A stretch of 64,000 bases of DNA from Antedon mediterranea (GCF_964355755.1 NC_092676.1:3139888-3203887), one strand, 5' to 3'; positions 1 through 13,952 are shown, numbered from the stretch's first letter. Made by a program: numbers and translations. Notes: a model not told the origin generated them from the sequence alone.

Positions 1-1396
1 TTCAATGCTGTCAAATTTCTAAAAGAAAATTTCTACACCAATTTCAAATTGTTTGTTAGCCACCATATTATGTAGTATCTAATATGTTATACAGATTCAA
101 TTTAAATTGTTATCTTACAAAATAAATAGTTCAATCATGGTGGATAAATTTAAAAATTGTTGCTTTTTAAATTTGTTTTACTATAAATAATCATGAAATC
201 ATAAGGTACATATTAGTCCATTATTACAATTGAACCTACAATGCATGCATTGTATTGTGTCAACATTTTATTGATGTCAAAATAAAAATTATTAAAAGTA
301 AATATTCATCTCAAAACGTATGAATGTATAGTTGTACATGATATTGTTCACTATAGGTTTAATTATGTTACTCTGCACCTTATATCTTAATTTGTGTTTT
401 ATTTAGGGTTATCCCTTTGTTCTTATAATTATGTGATGCCACTGCCCTTTTTTAACACTCAAACAAATAAAGACTTGGTTATACTGATCGGTTTGATAAA
501 TGTGTATTTATTGAAGTCTGTGACATTTGTTGAATTTGAATATAATTATCAATTATCAAAGACAAAATTACTACATAAACAAATACTAGTTATTTAGTAA
601 CAATGATTTTGATATTTATATCGTGAAATTATACAATAAAGGATTTCGAATTATTATATCCTCCAAAAAAAAAGTTCACTCATGAACAAGAAAATGAATT
701 GTTTTTAGAGTTATTTTTATAAGTATAAAGATAATAAAATTATATAATAATATTAATCCATTATCAATGTGTAAATGTATTTATAAATTAAAAACAAACT
801 GGTTAAAATAACCAAACATGTAAATTTGCCTTTGTTCCACACACAAAAGAATCACAAAAAGCTGGTAAAAATCACAAAATACAAACAATATAGTATAAAC
901 TAGCAAATGTGAAAAATTAAAACATTAAAAATAATACAGAGCACTCTACTCTCATTCAGGATGTACACGTCACATTACTTGTTTTAACTACCTTATTTAT
1001 ATATATTCCAAATAGATGATTGACTGATTGGGAGCATGCACATAGCTGACCATGTTATAATTTTTGGAAAACTAAGGCCTACCTACCAAATACCTACAAT
1101 CGTTTTAATCATTTTTTTTTTAGTCTATCACATTCTTACGTAAAATGTCGTATACGGATATTGACCAGATTAATGATGAGCCCGTAAACTGATTGAAACG
1201 ACCTAAATATACTGTAGACCGCCACAAGACCAGTAGTTTCACATTAACAAATTCCACCCACTCCCCCTCTGTTCAATATTATCATGATCCTACTGTATAA
1301 AGCATGGACCTATTATCAAAGAAATATAAATTTTGCTCACAGTATGACATAAATTTAGTTAAATTTCAAAATATCGACAAAAGATGTTCTACTTAC

Positions 1397-4300
1397 AATG
1401 TTGTTATTGGATCATACACATTGTACTCAACAAGCTCTGTATGTATATTTGTATTCCATCGAGTACATCTAGTTCTATTATAACAACCTGCTGAGTAACA
1501 CGTCGGGACATTACATGTGCAAGATGCTGGGCATCGGACTATAGGCCCTAATGATTTTGTAAAAAAAAACAAGCAGTAACTAAAAGTACTGTACTTTGTT
1601 TCTATCTTACATAGTAGAACACTACGATAATGATGAATAATGATGGTGATAACAATGAGTATTTTAAAGATGAACATAAATTCTTATAATTCGATATATC
1701 ATATTTAAGTTTCAATATTACACTGTTTAATTTAACGGTATTGTTTATTTCGTCGTGTTAAACAATGGAATATTATGAAAGGAGAATAAACGACGCCAAA
1801 AGTAGTTTAATCTCTTTTTTCTCTAACTGGGTAAACTCTTGAAAATAGAACTTATTTTTATATAATTTATAAAACAAAACACTCCCTCTTAGTCAATAGT
1901 GTATTGTAATACCGCCTGTTAGTACTGAAGTTTGTATTAAGTGTGAAATTGTCCTTACATTGACAAATAACACTAGCATCCTCATCGTGTCCACAATCGT
2001 GTACACTCATTCCATTACATTGTAAAATTACAATACAAGTTTAAAACATTTCTTTATTTACATGCATACTGCTATTAATCCTAGTTGAGTGTTAGTAGCA
2101 GCGGCAGTATATTATTATCAGGGCATCGGCAGCGGCAGTAGCAGTAGTAGTAGTAGTACTACACGGTATTCTTGGAGTGAGGGGTAATAATATTCTGCCT
2201 TACAAATAAGTAAATAAATAGTTTGCGGAAAATGTTTACTAAAGCCAAAAAATGAAATTATTATTAATTAATTTTATTAATTACTGCTATTATTTTTAAA
2301 TTATCAAGTGTGACGTAACAATCGTATGTGTAATAGGCATACAAAATGGAAGCGATGTCCGGAGATCAAAACTAGTAAAATCTTATAAAGTGTGACGTAA
2401 CAATCGTATGTGATAATAGGCATACAAAATGGAAGCGATGTCCGGAGATCAAAACTAGTCAAATCTTATAAAGTGTGACGTAGCAATCGTATGTGATAAT
2501 ACGCATACAAAATGGAAGCGATGTCCGGAGATCAAAACCAGTCAAATCTTATAAAGTGTGACGTAGCAATCGTATGTGATAATACGCATACAAAATGGAA
2601 GCGATGTCCGGAGATCAAAACCAGTCAAATCTTATAAAGTGTGACGTAGCAATCGTATGTGATAATACGCATACAAAATGGAAGCGATGTCCGGAGATCA
2701 AAACTAGTAAAATCTTATAAAGTGTGACGTAACAATCGTATGTGATAATAGGCATACAAAATGGAAGCGATGTCCGGAGATCAAAACCTGCCGAATGTTA
2801 TAAAGTGTGACGTAACAATCGTATGTGATAATAGGCATACAAAATGGAAGCGATGTCCGGAGATCAAAACTAGTAAAATCTTATAAAGTGTGACGTAGCA
2901 ATCGTATGTGATAATAGGCATACAAAATGGAAGCGATGTCCGGAGATCAAAACCAGTCAAATCTTATAAAGTGTGACGTAGCAATCGTATGTGATAATAG
3001 GCATACAAAATGGAAGCGATGTCCGGAGATCAAAACCAGTCAAATCTTATAAAGTGTGACGTAACAATCGTATGTGATAATACGCATACAAAATGGAAGC
3101 GATGTCCGGAGATCAAAACCAGTCAAATATTATAATGTGTGACGTAACAATCGTATGTGATAATACGCATACAGAATGGAAGCGATGTCCGGAGATCTAA
3201 ACTAGTAAAATCTTATAAAGTGTGACGTAGCAATCGTATGTGATAATAGGCATACAAAATGGAAGCGATGTCCGGAGATCAAAACCAGTCAAATATTATA
3301 ATGTGTGACGTAACAATCGTATGTGATAATACGCATACAGAATGGAAGCGATGTCCGGAGATCTAAACTAGTAAAATCTTATAAAGTGTGACGTAACAAT
3401 CGTATGTGATAATAGGCATACAAAATGGAAGCGATGTCCGGCGATTAAAATCAGTAAAATCTTATAAAGTGTGACGTAACAATCGTATGTGTAATAGGCA
3501 TACAAAATGGAAGCGATGTCCGGAGATCAAAACTAGTAAAATCTTATAAAGTGTGACGTAACAATCGTATGTGATAATAGGCATACAAAATGGAAGCGAT
3601 GTCCGGAGATCAAAACTAGTAAAATCTTATAAAGTGTGACGTAGCAATCGTATGTGATAATAGGCATACAAAATGGAAGCGATGTCCGGAGATCAAAACT
3701 AGTAAAATCTTATAAAGTGTGACGTAGCAATCGTATGTGATAATACGCATACAGAATGGAAGCGATGTCCGGCGATTAAAATCAGTAAAATCTTATAAAG
3801 TGTGACGTAACAATCGTATGTGTAATAGGCATACAAAATGGAAGCGATGTCCGGAGATCAAAACTAGTAAAATCTTATAAAGTGTGACGTAACAATCGTA
3901 TGTGATTATACGCATACAGATTGAAAGCGATGTCCGGAGATCAAAACTAGTAAAATCTTATAAAGTGTGACGTAGAAATCGTATGTGATAATACGCATAC
4001 AGAATAGAAGAGATGTCCGGCGATTAAAACCAGTCAAATCTTATAAAGTGTGACGTAACAATCGTATGTGTAATAGGCATACAAAATGGAAGCGATGTCC
4101 GGAGATCAAAACTAGTAAAATCTTATAAAGTGTGACGTAACAATCGTATGTGATAATACGCATACAGAATGGAAGCGATGTCCGGCGATTAAAATCAATA
4201 AAATCTTATAAAGTGTGACGTAACAATCGTATGTGTAATAGGCATACAAAATGGAAGCGATGTCCGGAGATCAAAACTAGTAAAATCTTATAAAGTGTGA

Positions 4301-6478
4301 CGTAACAATCGTATGTGATTATACGCATACAGATTGAAAGCGATGTCCGGAGATCAAAACTAGTAAAATCTTATAAAGTGTGACGTAGAAATCGTATGTG
4401 ATAATACGCATACAGAATAGAAGAGATGTCCGGCGATTAAAACCAGTCAAATCTTATAAAGTGTGACGTAACAATCGTATGTGATAATACGCATACAAAA
4501 TGGAAGTGATGTCCGGCGATCAAAACCAGTCAAATCTTATAAAGTGTGATGTAATAATCGTATGTGATAATACGCATACAGAATGGAAGCGGTGTTCGGC
4601 GATTAAAACCAGCCGAATCTTATAAAGTGTGACGTAACAATCGTATGTGATAATACGCATACAGAATGGAAGCGATGTCCGGCGATTAAAATCAGTAAAA
4701 TCTTATAAAGTGTGACGTAACAATCGTATGTGTAATAGGCATACAAAATGGAAGCGATGTCCGGAGATCAAAACTAGTAAAATCTTATAAAGTGTGACGT
4801 AACAATCGTATGTGATTATACGCATACAGATTGAAAGCGATGTCCGGAGATCAAAACTAGTAAAATCTTATAAAGTGTGACGTAGAAATCGTATGTGATA
4901 ATACGCATACAGAATAGAAGAGATGTCCGGCGATTAAAACCAGTCAAATCTTATAAAGTGTGACGTAACAATCGTATGTGATAATACGCATACAAAATGG
5001 AAGTGATGTCCGGCGATCAAAACCAGTCAAATCTTATAAAGTGTGATGTAATAATCGTATGTGATAATACGCATACAGAATGGAAGCGGTGTTCGGCGAT
5101 TAAAACCAGCCGAATCTTATAAAGTGTGACGTAACAATCGTATGTGATAATACGCATACAGATTGAAAGTGATGTCCGGCGATTAGAAACAGTCAAATCT
5201 TATAAAGTGTGACGTAATAATCGTATGTGATAATACGCATACAAAATGGAAGTGATGTCCGGCGATTAAAACCAGTCAAATCTTATAAAGTGTGACGTAA
5301 CAATCGTATGTGATAATACGCATACAGAATGGGAAGCGATGTCTGGCGATTAAAACCAGTCAAATCTTATAAAGTGTGACGTAGCAATCGTATGTGATAA
5401 TACGCATACAAAATGGAAGCGATGTCCGGTAATCAAAACCTGCCGAATGTTATAAAGTGTGACGTAGCAATCGTATGTGATAATACGCATACAGAATTGA
5501 AGTGATGTTCGGCGATTAAAACCAGTCAAATCTTATAAAGTGTGACGTAACAATCGTATGTGATAATACGCATACAAAATGGAAGTGATGTCCGGTGATC
5601 AAAACCAGTCAAATCTTATAAAGTGTGACGTAACAATCGTATGTGATAATACGCATACAGAATTGAAGTGATGTCCGGCGATTAAAACCAGTCAAAACTA
5701 ATAAAGTTTAGACAAAAATGTTATTAAAAACGATTATTTTTCCATATCGGGCCTCTCTTTATGGAAATCCAAAAAACACTTAAGCAAGATTTAATTTAGC
5801 ATATAATGAGTTAGATGTTTGGGAAATATTCTGCAACAGTAACAATAATGATAAAATGTTATATATTCTGGGAACTACAATAATACTTTAATGTGTTTTG
5901 ACAAATTTAGGGAAACGAAATGATCTTAAAACTGTACAGCTTGCAGAGAACATTGGTGCTGCATTTTTCAGTTGTTGCTCCCCCAACATTGGCACCTTTT
6001 TCAAGCTTATTCGCGAATCGTTTCGGTTTGACGTTTGACGCGCGTGTAAAATGCTCAGTGGGAACCGGTCTTAAGTGTGTGGATACATCGAAAGATGAAC
6101 AAAATAGTGCAAAATATTAGTTTTGAACAAATGGAAAAAACTCTCGTAATTTTACTATTTGTTCATTAAAAGGTAAACTATTGACAACAATAACTAAAGA
6201 ATTTGATCACAGTACCGTATATAAAAAATCTAAAATCTATAGTTCGAAAAAATATTTTCATTTCATTTCAATAAAACATTATAGAACAATGTTGTAAAAT
6301 AAGGATTAGCCACAAATTCAGAAAAGGTCATCAAATATTATAATGCCTTACAATATTATAATATCTATTAAAAATGATAAATATTAAGAGAAGTAATCAT
6401 ACCGGAATTTGAACCAACATCAGCACAACTAGAAAACGATAACTCCATCAATATTATTACCACTTTAAAGACAAACAT
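1397..6478 (-). CDS. 5' part of a tandem paralog of the LRR-GPCR (signal-peptide exon 6403-6478, LRRNT exon 1397-1547); continues beyond the left edge of the window
   Basis: Same exon structure and splice sites as 56811-56886 and 54810-54960. LRRNT = GPIVRCPASCTCNVPTCYSAGCYNRTRCTRWNTNIHTELVEYNVYDPITTL. Confidence 0.8.
1959..2025 (-). pseudogene. SRCR-domain C-terminal remnant (LQCNGMSVHDCGHDEDASVICQ) in intron 1; second copy at ~55388-55454
   Basis: Matches the SRCR end motif HxCxHxEDAxVxC and has a phase-1 GTAAGG donor. No AG acceptor (TTTTACAA), and an upstream in-frame stop. Confidence 0.6.
2306..5706. repeat. 83-bp minisatellite, ~41 copies (only ~3-4 copies at the paralogous site 55781-56112)
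   Basis: Unit AAAGTGTGACGTAACAATCGTATGTGATAATACGCATACAAAATGGAAGCGATGTCCGGAGATCAAAACTAGTAAAATCTTAT. Confidence 0.95.
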
Positions 6479-6751
6479 CTTCTTACGCAATTCAGTACCG
6501 TGATGTGCGTAGTAAACGTTATCTCCGAAAGTCTTCTTAACGTTTGACATAACATTGTTTCTTTTAGTATTGTTGCAAAAGAGTTTTAAATAATTTAGAT
6601 TAATCAGTTCACCAGGTGTATTACTTTGGTTAGTAGTTGATATTAATATTTAATTGTTTTGTTCGAATAAGCAATTACATATATAGATTGAAGATAAACA
6701 GTAATGATAGTGAATTTACTATGTGTACTGTTATTATGAATATAATGGGAA

Positions 6752-7094
6752 TATAACAGGAGTATTAGTTAAACACTGGTAGTGTACTAACCCTTATTTA
6801 CTTATGTATATAACAGGAGTATTAGTTAGACACTGGTAGTGTACTAACCCTTATTTACTTATGTATATAACAGGAGTATTAGTTAGACACTGGTAGTGTA
6901 CTAACCCTTATTTACTTATGTATATATCAGGAGTATTAGTTAAACACTGGTAGTGTACTAACCCTTATTTACTTATGTATATAACAGGAGTATTAGTTAA
7001 ACACTGGTAGTGTACTAACCCTTATATACTTATGTATATAACAGGAGTATTAGTTAGACACTGGTAGTGTACTAACCCTTATTTACTTATGTAT
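6752..7094. repeat. 57-bp minisatellite, ~6 copies
   Basis: Unit ATAACAGGAGTATTAGTTAGACACTGGTAGTGTACTAACCCTTATTTACTTATGTAT. Confidence 0.95.
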
Positions 7095-10000
7095 TTTATG
7101 CATATAATGCATAATACATATATGTATAATATATATATATATATAATTAAATGTCAGTATATCACCAGGCGGTTTAGAATTAATGTTCATTGCCTGATGT
7201 GTTTATATATATATACATATATACATCTATTGATCTCTATTGATCTCTGGTGCGCGTGCGTACAACTGAGGGACTACTGTTGTTCCACCGTACCACGCCG
7301 AGAATGTTAAAGAGTCGCTATCCAATCGAGTTTGAACAATACCATGAAAGCCCTAGTGGCCATATCAAGCAGAAGGTTCCGGGTTCGAGTTGGGGCGACT
7401 TTTTCTCATTCTAACAGATTTCCTCATCTTATCGTTTCAAATTAATTAATTAAATTTCAGTACCGGGCGGTTTAGAATTTATTCTGTGCCTGTGTTGTTT
7501 ATATATACGTATAAACATATACATATTATGTATATGAAGAGAAGGACACACCACACCAAAGAGAGAAAATACATAATAACTAGTTATACCAAAAAAAGGG
7601 TCGAAATTTTGTCATTTTTCGAAATTTTTTTTCAAAAATGACCAAAATATCGACCTTTTAAAATTAAATTATTATGAAATGATATTGCCATATATGCACA
7701 TATTGCGTTATCATCATCTTATAGAGTCATAGTAACTAGTTATGTCAAAAAATAAAAGGGTCGAAATTTGGTTACTTTTCGAAAATTTCCCTGTACTATA
7801 AGTGTATAGGATTTTTTCAAAAATGGCCAAAATATTGACTTTTTAAAATTCAATTATTATGCAATAATATTGCCATATATGCAAATATTGCGTTATCATC
7901 ATCTTATAGAGTCATAGTAACTAGTTATGTCACAAAATCACCCAAACATGACCTTTTTAAGATTAATTTAATATGTTCTAATATTGCTATATATGCATGT
8001 ATATTTCCAGACTTTCAAGACTTTTTCTCAAAGCAGAAAAAGGTTGAAATTGTATGCGATTCAAATGATGTCAATGCAATGTCAAAAAGTCAGTTTCTCG
8101 AAAATTTCTATACTATAGTAAATTTTTTTAAACATAATATAATACTATAAGGCGCATATTACAACAACTTTATGGCATAATTTATTTTTTTAATTTCAAC
8201 CATTTTGTTTGTTGACATAATTGCTTAATATGACTCCATAAGACAATGATAACTAAATATTATGTGCATATAGTACTATTATATTATCGCTTTTTTCCTT
8301 GCCAAATTTCGTCAAACAAAATGTAATATTCGTTACAAAAAAATGACGTCATTTTACCGGTAACCCTGATTTGCAATACATACTAGGGCTGATCAAAATC
8401 GGTTTCCAATCATAACAACCAGATTAAGATTAGTCGACTATTGGTTCACACTAGAGGCGCACAGCAAGCGAGTTAACAAGCGTCAGTTCGAATAATCCAT
8501 CGCTTGTGATTGGTCAAATCACTTATGTTGCGTTACGTACTTGTGTCTCGACTTGGGAACCAAGATCGCGCTATCAGATCGATAATTTCTTACATAGATT
8601 GACACGATTTGTTAGCTCCCGATAACAACTCTAGCGTGAACCATGACTTCATAACAATTTCTAGCGTGAACCAGGACTATAAAAACACCTCTGCTCAATT
8701 GTCTTATTCAGATAAATCAGTAGTCATATGTCTACAAAAGATGAAGGCATAACAACCATGTTTGAACATATAGTCTATTGTATAAGTGGTACACATACAT
8801 ATAAACACGGATAGAGTTCAACATATCATGCAATACTATTATACTAAACATGTTTATAGTCTTAGTACAGTAATATTATACATTTATAATTATATATTAT
8901 TATAATAAACAAAAACATATAACAAAAATAAAAATATCGGACCGAAGGAAAAATTGATAATTTTCTTTATACATAAGTTTCATAAACAAATAATTGTTTG
9001 TAACCCGTCTATTGCTCGTTACAAAACTGTTAATTATTCTGCAATTATGAATCAGTTACTAATTAATATGGGGTCACTTGGGGTCATATTGAGCACATGT
9101 GGTCAGTATTGTAGGTGGCAAAGTATTTGGTTCTTGTTTTAAAAAACAATGGCAGGAATTAAACAAGAAATATGAAGAATCAGAAATAAATAAAATAAAG
9201 ATTTTCGGAATTACTTTTAAAAAAATGAAAATTTCCTAAAATGTGTTTATACTATGACCATAAAAAAAAAACACAACTGTATGAGAGACGTTGGCTATTC
9301 CTTATATGATTTAATGTATAAACATAAAGTATAACCCCCTCCTTTGGGACACCCCTATTTAGGGGACACCCCTAATTAAAGGGACACTTTCTTGGGTCCT
9401 ATGGTTGTCCCTTTAATATTGTAATTAAACTATTTAATTTGTTATGAAATACAAATTTATCAAATGTATGTATCTCTTTAATTTTAATTTCATTTTAATA
9501 TGAAATACAAATTACTTAAATAAATGTATTTATGTTTTAGTTTTACTCTTTCATTTATTATGAAATACATATTTGTTGTATGTATTCATATTTCCATTTC
9601 ACAATGTATCGTGTTAGCATCATAGTATAAACACACGGATAATTTGTTGATCTAAACCAACATTTTATATAACATATTATATAATATACAATGTAATTCA
9701 CATCTCCAGATAAAAAATATAAACTCACTTTCTACAGAATTACTAGCATGATCGACAACAGGAGGATTTCTCTCAGATATTTAAACAACTCAATTACAAT
9801 TTTAATTGTTTACATTAAATTAATTGTAACTCTATCCATATAAAATGATTTAATATTTGTTGTTTCAAGATATATTTCTTCCTCTGAAAATGTGTCAGGA
9901 AAACAATGATTTTGGGTGACAATTACAATTTTTATAATTCATTGGTAACAAATATTATTAACTAAAAACCATTTTGATACATCCTGTAAATTATGATATT

Positions 10001-10295
10001 TCTGATATTTTTAATGTCGCTATGATTAAATATCTTTATATTTTCTTCTTTTTCAGATGAATATGTTTAGTTCTTAAAAGAGCTAACATGTATATATATA
10101 TATCTTGATTTGCCAGTTAGCTTCACAGACTTCCCTGCAAATATAAAAAAAAGTATAGCAGAAATAAATTTATTTCTCACTTTATCAAAATTGAATCAAA
10201 GATTTTATACAAATAAAGGCATCTACAGCATATAATAATTGGTAAATAATTGCTTAAAAAAAATAAAATTGTCAATTTTAATAAAAAAATCTTTT

Positions 10296-10785
10296 TGTGG
10301 CACATACTCGACTGCGGCGCTTACTGAACTGTGGCGCTTACTGGACTGCGTCGCTTACTGGACGGTGGGACTTTGTGGATTGTGGCGTTTACTGGACTGC
10401 GGCGCTTACTGGAATGTGGTGCTTATTAGACTGTGGCGCTTACTGGACGGTGGCACTTTGTGGATTGTGGCGTTTACTGGACTGCGGCGCTTACTGGACG
10501 GTGGCGCTTACTAGACTGTGGCGCTTACTGGACGGTGGCACTTTGTGGATTTTGGCGTTTACTTGACTGTGGCGCTTACTTGTGTGGTGCGTACTGGACT
10601 GAGGCGCTTACTGGACTGTTGCGCTTACTAGACTGCGGCGCTTACTGGACTGCGGCGCTTACTGGACTGCGGCGCTTATTAGACTGCGGCGCTTACTGGA
10701 CGGTGGCGCTTACTAGACTGTGGCGCTTACTGGACGGTGGCACTTTGTGGACTGCAGAGCTTACTGTGGCGCTTTGTGGATTGTG
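10296..10785. repeat. 17-bp GC-rich minisatellite
   Basis: Unit GACTGCGGCGCTTACTG with variants such as GACGGTGGCACTTTGTG. Confidence 0.92.
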
Positions 10786-11795
10786 GATGACTACTTACAA
10801 ATGGATCTGTATTTTGCTGTGTTGGTGGTCTATGTATTTGCTGTGGTCCTGCTGCATTGTATGCCATACCTGTTCTCATTCCCTAAAATAAAGAAGTATT
10901 CAACACTTGTTATATATATATTGATTACTTATGTCCCGTTCAAACTAACACACATTTTTGTCCGCACTGTTCCGCATTCAGTGTGTGTCATTTAATGTTG
11001 TCACAAATATTTTACGCATCGTACCCTAGGTCACATGGTCTGCATGGGCAATCTATTACCTAAAAAACCAGCGTAAATTATGCACAAATTATTATCACCC
11101 ATGTCGTGAAATGCGTGTCATTTCCCACAATAACATCTGAGACAACAATCAATTGATTGTTGTCTCAGATAACATGCACGGCTGCAACCATGGTGCGCAT
11201 CATTGCACAGTTCAGGAATATGGATGCAGGCGCAAATATTCAGTAATGTTGAAAATTTGTGCATGCATTACATGCAATGTCCCTCAAATTTCCGCAAAAT
11301 GGTACACATGATTCCCACATTGTAATGAATTCAATGCGGGGCAGTGCAGGACCAATATTCGTGTCAACATAGTTTTACTTTATAAAATCATGAACATTCT
11401 TTGTATAAATATATCTATTTTGTTATATTGAATTGATTGGTATTGACAAACTTTTCTTAATCGTTAATTCTCAACAGAGTTTATTCAATAACGAACGAAG
11501 GCTTTTGAATTATTATAATTATTCATTTGTTTACCTTAACATACCATATATTAATTTAGTTTTGTTATTGTTATTGACAGACCTTTCTTAATCGTTCTCA
11601 ACAGAGTTTATTCAATAACGAACGAAGGCTTTTGAATCATTTTAACTTTATTGTACAAATACATTTACATGACAAAAGGATCATAGGAAATAAGCTAAAT
11701 ATTAATTATTATTATTTGTTATATTTTCAAAACTGTGAATTCAGAACTTATGTAGGAAATGAGACATACCATTTGTTGATTAGATGCCACATTAG

Positions 11796-12432
11796 CAGGG
11801 CCGTAGCCAGGATCTGTCAAGGGGGGGTTCGGACACTAAATATTTGGGTCAACTCTCAAAATAATCGGATGCCATAATGTGAACTACAGTACTTGATACC
11901 ATAGATATTATAGTGTAAAATATTAATATTCACTATAATCCTCTATGATACATTATACTTCATAGTCACACATAAATACTGATGTACGTCGGAAGGCTAT
12001 ATACTTTATGCATGCTGCCTGACTGCCAGTGATCTAAACAATTATAAGTATACGCAGTTGTCTGACAGTGTCCTTTGTACGAATCGTTCGTGCGCCAGCT
12101 CGCTATGAGACGCGTCAATATCATGTTACATGCAGGGACCAAACATTTATTTTTCAAGTTAAAATCGGCAATTCATTTGCAGCTTTTAGAAATTTACAGA
12201 CACGTATCACTAGTTGACGCTCATACAGAAAAGAAGGTTCATGAACAAGTTTACGAATTTTTCAATTTACAAACAACTTTTTGTACTGTGGGGCACGTAT
12301 TTGGAGGATTTTTGGAGATGAGGGTGAGGTATTGGGCATGTCGAGGATGGCGGTTCGCAGTTGGTTAAGGGGGGTTCGCTGTAAAGGGCGGGTTCGCCCG
12401 AACCATAAAAACCCCCCCTGGCTACGGGCCTG
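11796..12432. mobile_element. hAT-like MITE
   Basis: TIRs CAGGGCCGTAGCCAGG / CCTGGCTACGGGCCTG; imperfect 8-bp flanks CACATTAG / CACAATCT. Confidence 0.65.
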
Positions 12433-13364
12433 CACAATCTGTCCAGAAAAAGCTCCTGATCTCCAATCAGCTGGCTGACCTCCCTGCAACAACAATGGAA
12501 CATACCAAATACTAGTAAACTAATTTTGATTAAAAAACAAACTGAAAGTAATTGTAACAATAGAAGCACTAGTAGAATATAAAGTAGTTGTTGTGGTAGA
12601 TGACTAGTAATTTTATTTTACATGATGTTAAATGGTTTAGTAAACATTAAAATATTAATTAAAAAATATTTTTTAGTAACATTATCATTATATCATATTG
12701 CCTTTTCATATTCAGTACTGGATTTTCATCTACAAAATGTAAAATAAAAAGTAATAGAATATGCTCAAATATTTCACTAAAATCATAGTTATCACTTCTT
12801 TGAACTAATATTAACATCAATTCCATATTACAAGGAAAGTTTAAAAGTACAGTAAAAAAAAAAGATTATTTTCAAGGCTTAACTAATTATTATATTCGAC
12901 ACAAAATTAATATGATCACACACAATAACTGAAAAAAATGATTAAAATAACTCTTAATACACAATATGTGCAGATACTGCTGAGGAATGAGAATAGGTCC
13001 ATCCCTTCTATGCACTATATAGAGGTAATATTTAACTAGTAGTTTGCACAGTTGAAAAGAGTCCATTTCTCAACAAGAGAGGCACACAAATAATACTATT
13101 TTAGAAGAATGTTTTCACCCACCTCACATCAAAGAACTTTAAATATTTGACAACTAACAACTTTATAAACATTTAAGAACATTAGGAAAGAAATTAAAAA
13201 AAAAAGAAAAATAAATTATATTAAAAAAAAAATCATAATTATAGCACAAAAATAAACACACAATTTAATATATGTGCAGTTGATACAATATACCATACAA
13301 TGTACTAGAAGTTAAAAAACACAAGGAAAAAATAGAAATTGTTGCAAATATAAAACGGTTTTAA

Positions 13365-13952
13365 AGGCCAGGTGCGGGCAAAAAATTTCTATTGATCATA
13401 CATTCCAATAATTATCGATCTACAGTTTCCCCTATGTTTCATAATTTTTGGGATTTTATTTGTGTTACACGAGCTTGTTGAAAATAAGCACTTTCTTATC
13501 AGTGGGGGGATAGTTCAAATTACACAGTAAAATCTCTATTCTTTTGTACACAAATTTTGTAAATAGAGAGGCATTTTAAAAAGGTATGAAAAATAAATGG
13601 TGTGGTAAAAAATGTTATCAGATATATAGGTAATATAACTTGAATATTACATTTCTGATATTTTTATTCAACTTCAGATTTTTATTTTCATGCTATAGCA
13701 AAAATTATCCACCGTATATCCACCATCTTTTTTCACCGTCTAGGGAGTCACCAGACATGTTATTACATTAGGTTAACTACCTAACTACTGAAAAAAAGTC
13801 TTCCTGGTTTTTATGGAAGAATTTTGCCAAATTTTGTATTTGACCATATTAAGGGAAATTCATGTTTTTTCGTCTCGATTTCTGTTACAAATATTTGATT
13901 TATGTACAATTAACCAAATATTATATTTAAAATTCATGCCTGTACCTGAGCT
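13365..13952. mobile_element. Kolobok-like non-autonomous element (copy 1)
   Basis: TTAA flanks, imperfect TIR AGGCCAGGTGCGGGCA / TGCCTGTACCTGAGCT; near-identical inverted copy at 30277-30873. Confidence 0.75.

Larger units (their letters stand above)
60..7110 (+). repeat. Segmental direct repeat of ~53470-60935 (offset ~53.4 kb)
   Basis: Near-identical colinear sequence, e.g. identical ORFs 394..597 and 53807..54010. Confidence 0.95.
10123..12483 (-). pseudogene. Orphan 3' exons of a gene ending ...QQNTDPF|GSL* (possible PICALM/AP180-like endocytic adaptor tail); upstream exon interrupted by a transposon
   Basis: Phase-0 exons with canonical sites: 12483->11770 (GGQPADWRSGAFSGQIVASNQQM once the insertion is removed), 10799-10882 (GMRTGMAYNAAGPQQIHRPPTQQNTDPF), 10123-10134 (GSL*). 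The family call is inferred only from the DPF motif and composition. Confidence 0.5.

Noticed and set aside
5920-6120. GC-richer ORF conserved in both paralogs (also 56297-56527)
   Set aside because: Conservation is explained by the recent duplication; no recognisable domain or convincing splice sites.
7350-7410. Possible tRNA gene (GGTTCGAGT B box + T-run)
   Set aside because: Cannot be folded into a cloverleaf; at most a SINE-like remnant.
10239-10995. Overlapping Cys/Trp-rich ORFs
   Set aside because: Produced by the 17-bp minisatellite being open in several frames.
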